A DNA stretch of 64,000 nt from Orbicella franksi (GCA_964199315.1 OZ116698.1:10416001-10480000); one strand, 5' to 3'; counted from the stretch's first letter, positions 1 through 13,654 are shown. The notes: generated from the sequence alone by a model not told the origin. Program-made: numbers and translations.

Positions 1-202
1 ATGCAGACATTCAAGTTACACTGGGAAAACTCGAAAGTTCTTGAGTAGAACGTTGACCGAAGCTTGGTCTCTATGGATTCTGCGAGTTAACCTCTTTCAA
101 ACGCCATTTCATGTTTATTGTAAGCTATTTAGGTACTCATTTGAGTTTTCTAATTCTTAAATGGGTGTGTAACAGTGCCATGTTGCTCTAATGCCATTCC
201 AG

Positions 203-3200
203 ACACAGCCGAAGTCAAAATACATGTACTGGACCTCAACGACAACGCCCCTCGCTTCATTCTTGACTCTTACCAGAAGGTAATCAGCGAGAACGCCACG
301 GTGGATTCAGTAATACTACGGGTGACGGCGACGGATCCCGATTCTGGAACGAATGGCCAAGTACATTACTCGCTATTAAACGGCAATATTAATAACACAT
401 TTGAACTAGATAACAACGATGGAGTTTTAAAACTTCAGCAAAGGCTCACACGACCTTCTGTGCCTAATTTCTTCAATCTGACGATCTCTGCCACAGATCG
501 CGGTACACCGCCCTTAACTTCCAAGTTCGCGTTCGTCTACCTGAAAATTCGACGTCCTATACCGAAGTGTTCCGAAAAAGGCAAACTGGTTTTTCCACTT
601 GCGGTGTACTTGGGAAATGTCAACGAAAGTTCTCCCTTAAGAACGCCCATTCTGCGCGTGCGTGCGAACATTGGCAAGTGCGCCCCCAGAGCTAGAATAA
701 GCTACATCATTTCAGGACTTCGCGACCCGGAAGTTGATGAGCACTTCGTTGTTCAGCCCCAAACAGGTGTTATAAGACTTATCAAGCCACTGGATTATGA
801 AGTGAGGAATAGGTACTCATTTCACGTCGGAGCAGTAGGTAAGGCACAGAAAATTCATAACGTAAACTTGTTTCCTTTGTTGTCCTTATTTGAGTCGTCG
901 CCCAACTCAAAGCGATTACTGTGTTTTGTTATTGAAAAAGACGCTTCACTCTCTCAGTGCCGCTCTCCAATCAAGTGTATAAATGGATATTTGGCGAATT
1001 CAAAGCTAGGGGTACCCCTGTGATGAACTAGCATCTAATGCAGGGTGGAGTAAGGCTCGATTATTGGCTGCTCACGCGTCCAGCCGTCTCTTCTCGAGGA
1101 GAAACGAAGACCGAACTCGAGAGAGCGGCGAAAATCCAGCCTAGGGTGGAGTTGAATTCAAGTTACTAAACGAGAGATAACTATGCTCGAAAGCAGACAG
1201 TCTTTCTTGTACCGTCAATTCATTTTCTCTGATCTCTTTTTAGATATCCAAAACAATAACACTCCCGACACTGTTCTGGTTCGAATATTGGTGGATGACG
1301 TGAATGACAACAAGCCGGTGTTTTTCAAACAGCGCTACAAGGAACTGATAGCGACACTGCCAGAGCCTGGGACCGAGATAACCATGGTCAGAGCATTTGA
1401 TAAGGACGCTGGGAAAAACGCCGAGCTGGAATACTTTGTGATCAGCGGCAGTGGTGGCTTTTTTAGAATCGATCCAAAGTAAGAGTCACAGGCTACGTTA
1501 GAAATAAGAACGAGCTTGGAAACTTTTTTTAAAAAAAAATAAATAAATAAGTAACTGCAGCTACATCAAATAACCTCATCGCATATAAGATAACATACCG
1601 TACATCAGAAATTGCGATTCTCTCAAAATATTAATTTTCAATTAAGAATTAACCTGCTCAATCTCGCATAATATCGTCTGATTGTTACCAACCCTCTGCG
1701 AAGGGTATGGCGATATCACACGCGATTTCTTTGGACACGTACAGGTAATCTTATGAATGCGAGTGCAATTAAGGATATTTGAAAATGCTCTCAAAATTGC
1801 GCGAGCCTGAACACGAATAGTGTAAATCCTCAATTGCTCGGGCTTTCATACGATTACTCATTTATTATATGACTGAGAAAGTTACGAACAAGGGCGCGTT
1901 AATTTGCGCCGCAGAGCAAATTAAAAATTAACGATAAATTAGCCTGCTCTCAGCCAACCACAGTGAAGTAATTTTCTTAGTTATATAACAATTATCGCTA
2001 CGATGTCATAAATCAAACCGAAAATTCAGCAGCTGTAAGTGAAAGTCTTCGTTTGTGTTTCTCGTGCTAGAACTGGAGCCATTTCAACCATCAAAAAGGT
2101 GAATACAGAGAATCTTCGCCTGTTTAACATAACAGTGTCAGTCTCAGATCAAGGCACGCCGCCGCTGTCGTCCGTGCGGCAGGCTCACGTGTCAATACTG
2201 GTCTTCACTCCACTCCAGTCCACCCTCATCCTCATTGAAACAACTGACACGACCATGAAAGTGAGGTTTAACTTGAAGTACGTGGCACGTAGCAATATCG
2301 TTAAGTATGGCATTATAGTGCAAGAATACGCCCCAGGAGACAGCGAATGTAAGTAGTTTATTTTACTTGTCACTTGTTTTGGTGTAGCCTCCGAATACAT
2401 TGTTCAAACTCTACACTGTCGGTCTGATTGTCTGTAAGATCTACTCACTGGTCTCCAGTCCCTATCTTCGATCAGCGGAAGTTCATAACAAGCAGACGAG
2501 CTTCCGGTTCTTAATATTCAATCGGAAACGGCACTACTTAAGTGACAACCCGCGGGTTCTGCGCGGGTTCTGTCGATTTTCGGCCCGAAGAAAATGTTTG
2601 GTGGTTCTTTCCTATTTAGCTTCTTTGGCAGGAAGGTAGCTGCCTCACAGCTGTTTACAACAAGGAAGCTGGCAATTCTACAATTCTAACAAAAAATAAT
2701 TTTTTATTAATAGACGAAGAATTAACACAAAAAGATCCACTGACATGGTACAAAGTTCAAAGAGGGTCACAGGAAAACCGCCGGTACATCACCACAGTGA
2801 TACCATCAAACCCAAAAATCACAAATGTGTTGGAGGTAAATATCGGCGTGGATAAGAACTGCGAGAACAAACGAGCAGATGAAGACTTCTGCAACGGGCC
2901 ATTAGTGTCAGGCAAGAAATACAGGTGAGTTCAGTCAACCCGGCATTCTTTATTTTGTGTTCGCGGTTACCGCAACACTGAACCGTATCTTTACCCTCGG
3001 TATTCATGATATACTCAGGCACGATTACAGCCTCGTACTTCGAAGAGCGAGAGATTGTCTCATAACTTCGGAAGGTTGTAAGTTGATCTGGTTCGCAGTT
3101 CCAAACATTTTTGTAAAGTGGCGATCATTCGTTGGACAAGTGATTTGTTATTAGTTTACCACGTGCAAAAGGAGAAACAAAACAAGAAAAGCAACCGCAC

Positions 3201-6200
3201 GTTCTTTAGCTTACGCAACATACTTTTCCCGCGCTTTTCGCGAGTGGTATGTTTCCTTTCTTATTTGGACTGCCTTACTTGGCTTAACACCCTATTTCAG
3301 GTTACTGTAGGACAGGGTTTGTCGTGATTATGACAGCTGTAATATTGTAGTTGTAGTTTGTAGGATATATAGAGTGGACTCGATTATCAGCCGCTGTTAG
3401 GGAAAGGAGCCCGCGTTTTAGCTTCATTCCGGGAGGTGCGAGGCCAAGACTCGAGAGAGCGGCTGAAATTAAACTTAAATATAGAACTGCTGATAAATCT
3501 CAATTTTTCCTAACTATTTTAAACAATATTTTTACTGCTCCAATAGATTTCAACTGCGCGCCTACCTGAAGTCCACGGGGCCATTTCAAGACGTTGCATT
3601 TCAGGATAGCGATCTCTCAAATCCACACTTTACATGTAAGTGAAACCTGATCAAAAGATATCACGTATATAACAAGTTACAAGATATGCGTACAAGATTA
3701 ATCGATAAAGACATACAGGTGTACTACTCTCCAGTCGACGGAGAAGTGAGGACAGCTAATCACGTACTTGTTAGAATTAATTTAAGCACAATTAAACCTT
3801 GATTACACAGTTTTTCTCTCACAATTGCCGCAAAGATGACCCAAAATATGATCAAAAATCTTATTGGCAAAAAATGATGTTATATTTTTGCCATTGGGAG
3901 GTTATTTCGTGCAATATATCTTTTGATGTTATTATTCATTTGAAGGCTGTGTTTCAAGAATAGATTGCGCCACTAATATTTCAAGTTAATCCATATTTGA
4001 GGTCTAAAATAATAAAAAGGAATTCATATTTTTCTGCAGCTTCGCCACCTGAATCAGAGCCGTCGCAAAACATAGAGGGAAGAAAAAATTACGACGCAGT
4101 TGTGTATAGTGTGGGGACAGCTTTGGTGCTGGTCATAATACTAGCCTTTTTGAGAGGATTTTATCGATTAAAATTGGACAGAAAGAGGTCAGTATAGGGC
4201 GTTCTATTTAAAAGTCAGTTTGCAAGCTGGAGAAACGAAGGTTTACTAAATTTGAGCTCTGTTTCATCAGAGTAAACATATATTGTGAGTTAATGTTCAG
4301 CTTCGATCTTTTCCAATTCAAACCCTCCACGCTCCTTTTTAGTGAAAAAGTCTCGTGGCATTTTAAATCTTACTAAACTCTTATTGTGAAGTTAATTTCC
4401 TTCATCTTGGAAGAAATGTTTGCGTACACTGTTTCAAAATGTGACTCGCATTATCTACAGCAGCCGGTCCTTAAATTCATACCAATGCAAGTTAACTTGA
4501 CCATTTGAAATTAACGCTAGGGTCCATTCGTCCAACTAGGGAACTGAAGTTGACGCGCCAGTGCAGAAAGCGTCATGTGATCTGTAACCCAAACATAAAC
4601 CGCTAGCTCAGATTAGAAACCTACTTGTTTGTGTTTACCCGTAGATCAAAGCAGATTGGGAAAAGAGTTCACAAAGTGAACTAGTTTCTTCTCGACAAAT
4701 TCAGACAAATTCAGAGGTGTTGAGGAGGCTGTGTTTTCCGCTTTCGCGGAAAGTGACATTCATGATTATCTAGCTAATTATCAAGTGACTAAGTCAATAA
4801 GAAATTTCCAAGTCCTACCTTAAGTCAAGGACTAGCCAGCTTCCGGCTTGCTATTGAGACGACGAGTCGTTGGTGCGTTCAACGTCACACGCGTGACAAC
4901 CTAAAATAATGATCATTTGAAATTTAGAATCAAACAGTTACCTGCTCTTGAATCTTATTTTTCTTTTCAGAATTCACGAAGAAAAGAAGAAGCGCATTTC
5001 ATTTCCCATGAGCAATCCACGGTTTCAGGAGCCTAACTCGCCAGTTGAAAAGATTAAAACCCCAGGACCCGCAAAGTAAGTGGCTCAAATGAGCATTGAT
5101 CTTCTTCGTCGAAGAATAACTACCGGGGTGATTTCCATTTTATCAGATTGATCAATCTCACCAACCGTTGTAAAAACAAAGGAAATTCTCCAATCAAATG
5201 CGGGCCCACCGAGAAGAATGGCTGTTAAATTTTCTATTCGTTTCGCCAATCCCCCACAGAAGTGAAAATCTACCCAAGAGAAGTAGGGCAACGAAACGGT
5301 TTGTCATGGTCGATCGGTCAAAGACTCGAAGTGGACCTAATCCAAAGGTGCTCCCTTTTTCCGGAAATTTCTGGTTGGACAGAACCTACCAGTGTTTTTG
5401 TCCTGAAAATCTTTCTTCAACACCCAGCAAGTTTGCCTTTTTTATTCAATCAAATACGTCATGTGTCTAGCAACAGTCCCTCCGAAAAGTGCGAACACAG
5501 TCAATTACAAGAGACTGGAATCCAAAGAAAAAGAGTTGTGTCGTTTTTCGTTGCCGAACTCTCTGATTGGTTAAAAAAAACTCAAGCAACACGCTCTAAC
5601 CAATCAGAACAAAGATGCTGTTTTTTAACCAATCAGAGTAAACGAGTTATTTTTTCTAAACCTATGATTGAAGGAAGAAACCTAAAACCAGGTTACTCAG
5701 GATAATTTTAATGCTTACAAAAGATATTCTAATTGCCAACTATTGATGAAAAAGGTCAATATAGGTGTGAGGCAATCGTTACAGAACAACTTCATCTCAG
5801 GGCTCTATGGAAAGTAACTATCCGTCATTCATCGCTTGTGTCTTTTTAAAACTATAAAAGAATCTTTGAATATGAAAAAGCACCGACCCAAACTGGCCGG
5901 CGGCAAGCTTACAAACTGTCGCGATGTTCTTTAGTTAAGCTTGGATATATTGCGTCATAGACTAACTACATACATAACTTTTCACGTGATTCCTACTTTG
6001 TAATTTAGGAAGATGGTTGCTGTCAATCATGACAAAGGCTCAGGTACGTCACACAGAAACTTGTTTGTTACTTGAAAAAGTTTTAAACTAATACCGAAAC
6101 AAACATTCTCAACTAATACCGTTAAATCACGGGAGAATTTTTTTTTTCACTAAATTATCAAAGTTGCAACATTTGCGGATTGTCAATAGTTTTAGTTCTG

Positions 6201-6742
6201 ACAAGAAAAAAGGGAGACCACAATTTGAACGAAATTTGGTGTGTGTCAAAAGCCAAAAAACTAACATCCCTTAATAAAGCTATGAGGAACTGAGAAAATT
6301 TAGGAAAATAAACATTAGAAAAAAATCTGAACGTTTATCCAAACGGCTTCGGGTAAAATTACCTGTTTCTAGAGTACGATGTCCTTATTCGTATTCTCGG
6401 TTTCGGACTGGAACTAGCTTTAAACTTAGGCTTATGCGGGGATTCTTTTGTCTCTTTTCCTGTGCCTCCATTGCAAGCTAATTTCAGTCCAATAGCGAAA
6501 ATTTTACACAAACTAACACAAGATTATCCAACTTACATACCCCTTCTTGCTGTAGTGATATGCCTTGACATTTGGTGTTTCCTTACATGAAGTTATTGAT
6601 CCTTATAATTTCAGAGTTCAGCCACCATGACGAGGACGAAGGCTCTTCCCCAGACTCCGCACTAGGTACGTGCCCATCGTGCAACTCTGAGCCCACGCCA
6701 CCACAAGAAAACAGGCCAGCGTACTTTACCTTTGAGTTTTAG
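203..6742 (+). CDS. Cadherin-repeat single-pass membrane protein with RPTP-like juxtamembrane FN3-type module; 5' end lies upstream of the window
   Basis: Phase-consistent GT-AG exons: 203-838, 1244-1478, 2071-2348, 2714-2924, 3547-3635, 4040-4187, 4971-5075, then tentatively 5260-5298, 6009-6043, 6615-6742(stop). Cadherin motifs: VLDLNDNAPRF, ATDPDSGTNG, ATDRGTPPL, LDYE, VDDVNDNKPVF, AFDKDAGKN, SDQGTPPLS. These are followed by DPLTWYKV...FCNGPLVSGKKYRFQLRAY, a TM helix AVVYSVGTALVLVIILAFL and a short basic tail. The last three exons are less certain. Confidence 0.88.
1052..1143. mobile_element. MITE (TAG..CTA-type termini) with perfect 9-bp TSD
   Basis: Terminal inverted repeats AGGCTCGATT / AATCCAGCCT. 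GGGTGGAGT is duplicated at 1043-1051 and 1144-1152. Confidence 0.75.
3375..3477. mobile_element. MITE, same family as 1052-1143
   Basis: Shares CTCGATTATCAGCCGCT and CTCGAGAGAGCGGC with the 1052 element. Flanks TATATAGAG / AATATAGAA match at 7/9 (decayed TSD). Confidence 0.6.
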
Positions 6743-9349
6743 GGAGAATGGCGGGACTTTTCCCCGAGGTAACCCTCGCACACGTTTTCTTTTGCTTCTT
6801 CCTCGTGTCTGTTAATTTGTCTCTTCGTCTTGTTGTGGTCTTTCAGGGCATGCCCGCCTGGAACTACTTAGAAAGCAATATCTCTCGGTCTTTCGTACTG
6901 CAGGATCCCCAAAGGTCAGTGTCCTGCATCCCGTGAAACCTATCCTTCTCTTCTCTTCCTATCATTTTCTTTCCGTTTCTTTTTCCAGTTTCCTGTTGTG
7001 ACTCTGTCCAGGATCACTCTGCATGAATGACATTTTGTGCCGTTGTTAAGAGCCCAAAAGCACCTTGCTTACTGCTATCATTTCTCATTAAGTTCTTTCC
7101 TTTTCTCGCTGTACTGCTACTTCCCTCTGAACAAATTTCTACTCAAACTCACTTTTTCACCAGCTGTACCAGACTGAGTTGAGCTCTCTCTATCTCAGTT
7201 AACTATCACTGGACATTTTAATCCCATCCGGGTTTTCCCACGCGGAGGAAAGCCCTCTTCCCACTCCTCTCTTGCTTAGACTCTTTGCACTCCCAGAACC
7301 TTTTCTTTGCTTCATCTATAGCCACAGATGAATTAAAATTGATGGCGTGACACGTCAGCACCTTTCTAAATTTCTCAGTTCCTCAAACGCATCCGCACTT
7401 AGGCTCTGCAGCAAGGTTTGACACACCTAGCCATTCCCATAGCGGTTTAAAAATCTCTGTTAATCCTTTTCATGCCTGCTCGTTTTATCAGTTTTATCAC
7501 CGTGCACCATATCATTCAGCTCTATCGTTTCTTGTTCTTTACTTCTTCTTGGCAGCCAACACCTAAAGGACTGTGTAGGATGCAAGTTCGACCCGTTTAG
7601 ATAGGTCAGTCGTCTAAACTCTTCCAGCTATTCAGTTTTCCTTTCTTTTCTTGTTTATGCACTGCAGCATACACCTCACAGTAGAGAACTTGACACATGG
7701 TACTTTTTCTTTGTATTGGTCGTGCTTTCCCTTACTTCAATTCTGTTAATTATTCGTCATTTCGAAGTTACTATACATCATTAGATTTCATTTCCATTTC
7801 AAGTCATGTCACCCAACCCATTCCATTTTCACCATCTTGAGTTGATGTATTTACTACAATTCAGTCTCCAATTAAATTCCTCGCCCACGAAACTTACACC
7901 ATAAAATACAAGCAAAACACCTTAAACGCCCCTGAATAAACCCTGCAAAAAATATGTCCCCACAACCTGAACGAAAATATCTCTCGGGTAAATCCCCTAC
8001 CCATAAATAAAGAATTTGATCTACCCCTCCCCCTCCCCCTTGACTGTTGTAGAGCTTACTTGTAACTCACAGCCTTGCCCTAAGTGTTGAGTTTCATTTT
8101 AAAAAAATATGCAGACCTTTTCTGTACTCCCTTTTGTTATCGAACGTAAGCACAAGAAAACCCCCAAGCGCGGTGCTTATTTAGGACGTTTCAGGAATAT
8201 ATTTGTAAGTTTGAATAAAAAAATACAAGTTTAAGACTAATATCGATTTTAAAATGTTCCACTACTTACTGTCATCTACGCGAGTTTAAAATCAAAATTC
8301 TCTCTGTCGCTTATCATACATTTTATGTGATCGACCTTAGGATAACCTGATTCCTAATCATAAGGTGTTTCGGGCTGTTAAATCGTTCAATATAGTTAAA
8401 CAAATGTAAGGAGAAACTAAGAATTTTAAAAACACTGATGGGATGCAGGTTTATAAAACGACTGCAACCCTAACCCTAAGTTTAAAAACAATTAAACAAT
8501 GCTTAAGCGATTAAACAATTAAAATTATTTCTAGATCCATCACAACAGTGCGACCCTCCCCTCTCTTAAATTAAAAAAATCATTCTGTAACCCACGTATC
8601 TTTAATTAAGCTCAAAAAGAGTTTATAACAATTCAGACTCAATGTCATTTTTGACAACCTTTCTTGATAGAGGACTCCCTTGTGCAATTACTGAGGGGGC
8701 GTCACTAGCTGGCATGCCTCGTAGGTAGGTAATTAGCTGACTTTCCCTAACCCTTTCTTAAATCACTAACCCTAATCTAAATCATAACTAAACAGCTAAG
8801 CCGCAAGTCCCAAATTATTTCTAGACTAATTAAACGTTTCTTAAACGATATAACCTACCTACGAGAAATACCAAAACTTAAGTGATGCCCCCATTCGTTA
8901 CAACAATTAGGAAGCTTTCAAACATGAGAGCTGTTCCAAAGCGTAAGCTGTGGTTACACAGGAATTTTATCCCACGCCGGTTAATGTCACCCAACGATTC
9001 CTCTCCACGTTGCGTGACGTTCACTGTGTGTAGCCAAGGCTTCCGTAGTTTTTCTAATTCTCGAATTTCCGAATCAGTATTTCTACAGCAGCAACCCCAA
9101 ACTCTGTTGAAACGTAAAGATTTGTTACAATCACGACCCTCGCTACTAGCGTAAACATAACTGTACAAGGTCAACCTTTTGACATGAAAATTCCGTTCGT
9201 GTCTTGCAGATGAAAGCACAAGGCCATTAAAAGACAGAAGGCGACGCCCAACCTTACAAGAAGTAAGACTTAAAAACTACTTTAACTCCGTGGAGTCATC
9301 GTCTTGCGCATCCTGTGAACACGTGAAAATTTACTGCGTGCAGGAGACG

Positions 9350-9374
9350 GTCACGTGATCCATTGCCTAGCAAC
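9350..9374. promoter_or_regulatory. E-box (GTCACGTGAT) next to an RFX X-box-like motif (ATTGCCTAGCAAC)
   Basis: 9362-9374 differs from the X-box consensus GTNRCC(N0-3)RGYAAC only at the first base. CACGTG occurs at 9320-9325 and 9352-9357. The surrounding patch is rich in CpG. Confidence 0.45.
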
Positions 9375-12061
9375 CACGGAAACTTGCGGGACAAGAGTGG
9401 AAAAAAAAAAGAACGAATGCAACTGCCTGGTGCAGAGAGGTTATTGATCATTACGTTATGTACGCCTTGCGTGCCTACAAAGTTAATTTTAAGCGTTTCA
9501 CTTTATAGTTGAAGGAAAAGTTTGCTTGTTTGTTGGAATTAATTCAAGATAAATACAAGGCGATTCTAAAGCTGGGCTAAAAAGATCAGAGTATTAAAAT
9601 TCACTTGTCAAAAAAGAACAGAAAACAACGAAAGTTATAACATGTGAAATGTAAGTAAGAGTAAGTTATTATTAATATTTCAAGCACTCACTATAAAAGA
9701 ACACAGTTCCATTTAGCATATTGCTATTAGTTACCCTGAATAGAGTAAGAAAATGCTGCATTTATAGGCTAAATGCCAAAAATGTTGAGATATTTATCTC
9801 CCAAGATGGAAATGTAAATGTTAATATGAAAATATCTTGTTAAGAGAAGAGTTATTGACTGGGAGGCTTCTCCCTGATCTATATTGTATATTGATTATAT
9901 ATGATAATCGTGTATAGACCATTTCCAGGTTGTAAACGTAGTTCTTAGTTCTAGAACCTTTACCAAAGAAATGATTTGTATAGATCAATGAAAACTGAAC
10001 TCGATTTGAGCAACTTGTACCTGTTGTGAAATCTTTTTTCACAGAAGTTGTGATTTTACATGGAGCGGTTTGTAACAGTTTTCAGTACCGCTTCGGCAAT
10101 GCAGAGTTTTCCGGTTAGCTTAGGGCGCAATGTAATTTTTTTTAAAACCAATCAGAGCACGATATTCTAACCTTTTTACGGCAAGTGCGATTGCAGAGAA
10201 CTTCTCATTACACTGTTCTGTTACTAAGCTTACTAGAAAAATGACTTGTAATCTTCATACAGGTGTCATCAATTTTCACCCTTCAAGGTGTAAGTTTTAT
10301 AGCAGGATTCTTGAGCTTAGAGCTTTCAAGCCTCAGGAAGAGAATTTTGTTCGTACTGTGGATGAGACCCCAAAACGCGTTTGTTAAACCACGGTTTGCA
10401 TACTGTAATCGATTGATACTGAGCCAAAGCTATCCTTGCATAACGACCTAAGAATGTAATGAAGCTTTAATAATACGCGATTGATATACACGTTTTTCCT
10501 TGCCGTTGCTGAGCATGCGTGTTTCCGCAAGTTTCGTTTTGCGTTTGTCGCTAAGTGATTGGTTAAAAAAAATCGTTCAAAGTGCCTACCCAATCAGAAT
10601 AAACGTGTCTCAGGTGACTGGTCCACGTCACTTTTCCCGCGCTTTTCACGAACTGTATCTTTTCACTACCGTTTGATTCGATTCCCGTCTTTACACTAGC
10701 TGTCTGTCGCTGTTGATTTAAATTCAAGAACTTTGAAAACTGCTTGAGCAACCGCTGGGACTATTTTTGTTATTGTTCAATTGTAATTGCAGCCATTGTT
10801 CTATCGTACAATATCTCCTTAACCAATTTTGTAATTATGACAAGTAATTTAATTTAAATGCAAATTCGAATGATTAACTTTGTGAGACAACTAAACAAGG
10901 TTTAAAGTATAGTGAAAATTGATTAAGAAGCTTATTTAGCTGACTCGAGAAAGAATTAAAATTGCAATGTTGGTGACTTTGTTTGTGTCATTACAGCGAG
11001 TGGTGTTCAATCAATTCTGGGTCAAACTGAAACCAGCCTCTCGGTGAACACGAACGAAGTCGATGATTTTCCGAAATGTCTCCGTTATCTTCGGCGTTGA
11101 CAAGCGATAACCAGAATTACGTCCGCGTTCGGAGGCAGGCTAGAGATTCTTCGGATTCACCCACAAAAACCAATCACCGCAAATCTTCGAATTCAGAGGG
11201 TACCCCGAGTAATCCAGAAAGTTTCACGCCAACATGACGCCAAAAGATACGCTGTCAGTCATGATGCGTAGAAAAAGTCCCCTCGGTTTGCACATATCTC
11301 AAACACGAGTCTGACCAAAGATTTGGGTTCGCTCCTGTCGTGTAAGAGGGTTTATCATTTGATGTTAGTACAAAACCAGACAGTCCAACCGCTAATCGTG
11401 CTGCTTCACACTAGAAAACGTGCAGCACGTAAGAGACCTACTTTTTACCTGGTGTTCTCACCTCATTTTTTTCTAGCGCGGTAGACAATAATTTAATTGG
11501 GAGTTCTGTAGTCTTGTATAAATCTCCCCCAACCTTAACTATCCATCATCCCATAAAAGTTTTGACCCTAATCCGAGCTTGTTTGTATAGCCGTTCTTTG
11601 GAGTCCTTTTCTGGGGCTTAGAGGACCAGGACGAAGAAAAATATAGGGGAAAAGACTTCCCAAGGAAGTGCCATTGACCAACCATCAACGCAGTGAGAAA
11701 ATCACTAAAAACAGTTACATAATCACAAGCAGAGAGTTTACCTCGTTTATCTTTGTCTTAAATTATTTATTAACAAACAACTTCAGTATATATTAGAACT
11801 TCATCAATGGAATAGCAGTATGTTTGAAAATACAAAAAAAAAAAATTTGAACGTTACAAAGTGCGTTCTTCTTAAGTCGATATCTTAAGTTACACGAATG
11901 AGGATTGTACAAGTCTGAGCAACATGTACAAATTTTTAAAAACGTTTGTCAATATTTCTGCGTTATCAACTGGAACAATGTTGAACGACAACAAAAACTA
12001 TTGTAACTCCAACTTTGGACTTCAAATGCGAAACAATGATCTGAAAGACAAACAGAGAACG

Positions 12062-12204
12062 TGCGTCTGTCCTGTTATTGAGCATGAATTTCGTCATAAC
12101 ATTGTTAAAGAAGCTGTGGATCCACGACGCGATAGCCGAGTGGATCCGCAGACTACTTTGACAATGGTATGACAAAATTCATTGTCAATAACAGGACAGA
12201 CGCA
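12062..12204. repeat. 143-bp imperfect palindrome within a larger interspersed repeat (about 12045-12370)
   Basis: Arms TGCGTCTGTCCTGTTATTGA / TCAATAACAGGACAGACGCA. Apex GGATCCACGACGCGATAGCCGAGTGGATCC. Confidence 0.85.
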
Positions 12205-12807
12205 TGATGGAAAACTGACGTCAGTTTGTTTTTTACGATAACAAATTGTCAAGTTGTCCGCTATCGCTCGTTGATGCATCGCATAAAATATAAATTCATG
12301 TGTCTGTCCGCTTATTGACAATGAAAATTAGCCAATGAGCGCGCGAGAATTTCTGCAGTTATCGTAAAAAAGGTAACGGGTGGATTTCTACACGTCGGGG
12401 AGGAAGGGAGTATAGCCTACGTGCAACAGTCTCGCAAGGATTGCAATCCAAAAAAAAATTGATACCAAGAAAGAAACGTGCACCATAAAAAGTTTGGCTT
12501 GGGAGACACGGCAGCCTAACGATTGGCATGATCAATTCCCGCTCCAGCAGTCCGGGTTTAAGCAGCGGCAAGGGTTTTTGCGTTGTACTTTTCGGGCGAT
12601 TCACTTTACAAAACCTCTCTAAACAAATAAACAGCTGGCAAATTGTTAGGGATGGACTAGCTTCACTTCCAGGATAGGTGTAGCCTGTGAACACAGATGA
12701 ATTTCCGGCTTTTGTGTTCTCAAGGCTAAGATCTGTGCGTCAGCGATCTTCAGGACCGCAACGAGCTTTAACAAAGAGCAAACGATTCTTTTGAGCAATA
12801 AAATGCT

Positions 12808-13654
12808 TTAAAATTTTTCTGAACTTTTACGGTTCCCTTGACATCTATCGCAAACATGCGCCCCAGAATATTTTTTAAGACAACTTTTTGCCAGACATGC
12901 GCGAAATCTAATTCTTGGGTAGGGCAAATCCATGGCAATGTCTATGTTAGTCAGTGGCAAGTACCATGGTAGCATATCCATGTATAAGCAACGCAAGGGT
13001 TTAAACTACAGCAGCAATTTTATTTGAAGGGAGCTAATTCACTAGAGTGGAAATCAATTTGCGGGCACCTTTCATATACATGGTCTTATCAGAGAAAAAT
13101 AATCATATAGGTAGTTCCACCTTACCCCTCCTGCTACGCCCCCCCCCCCCCCCCCCGAACCACTAGTAGAAACTACCAAGGGGAGTATGGAAAGATAGAG
13201 AGAAAACTGTGGGAAAGTCCAAATAAAGTCACGACTTCAAACGCTTACAAAATGAGGCTTTACAGTAAAAATACCTGATAACAAGTTCTTACCTTGCTTA
13301 GGAAAGGACTTTTACTCCGACTGTGCCTTCCCGACTGTAATTTTTCTGTTTAAACAGGAAACGCATAACATGTATGATTACCGACCAAAATTGAAAGAAG
13401 ATCACCAAACCTACACCATCAATTTAAAGATCACCAAACAAGAACACTACCTACCACCAACACTCGCAGTTTTTTGTTTTTCTTTATAAGTTTAGAAATG
13501 CGAGTCTTCTCCTGAAAAACAAAACAAAAAAATGGATGCACATCACGGAACACTTCAGGCTACTCCGCAGTGAAGTTACAAAAACAACAGGACATAACAT
13601 TCGCATATTACACAGGCGAACATGTACAATAGAAGACTACCAAGCAAGACTATC

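Noticed and set aside
175-1023. 282-aa ORF as a stand-alone gene
   Set aside because: The GTG start is intronic and the tail after 838 is intron read-through; it is one internal cadherin exon (203-838).
8466-8480. Interstitial telomeric (CCCTAA)n array
   Set aside because: Only about two units; too short to call.
8878-9219. 113-aa minus-strand ORF (and 90-aa plus-strand ORF) near the orphan promoter
   Set aside because: No convincing start, donor or recognisable domain. A faint likeness to LINE ORF1 esterase could not be supported.
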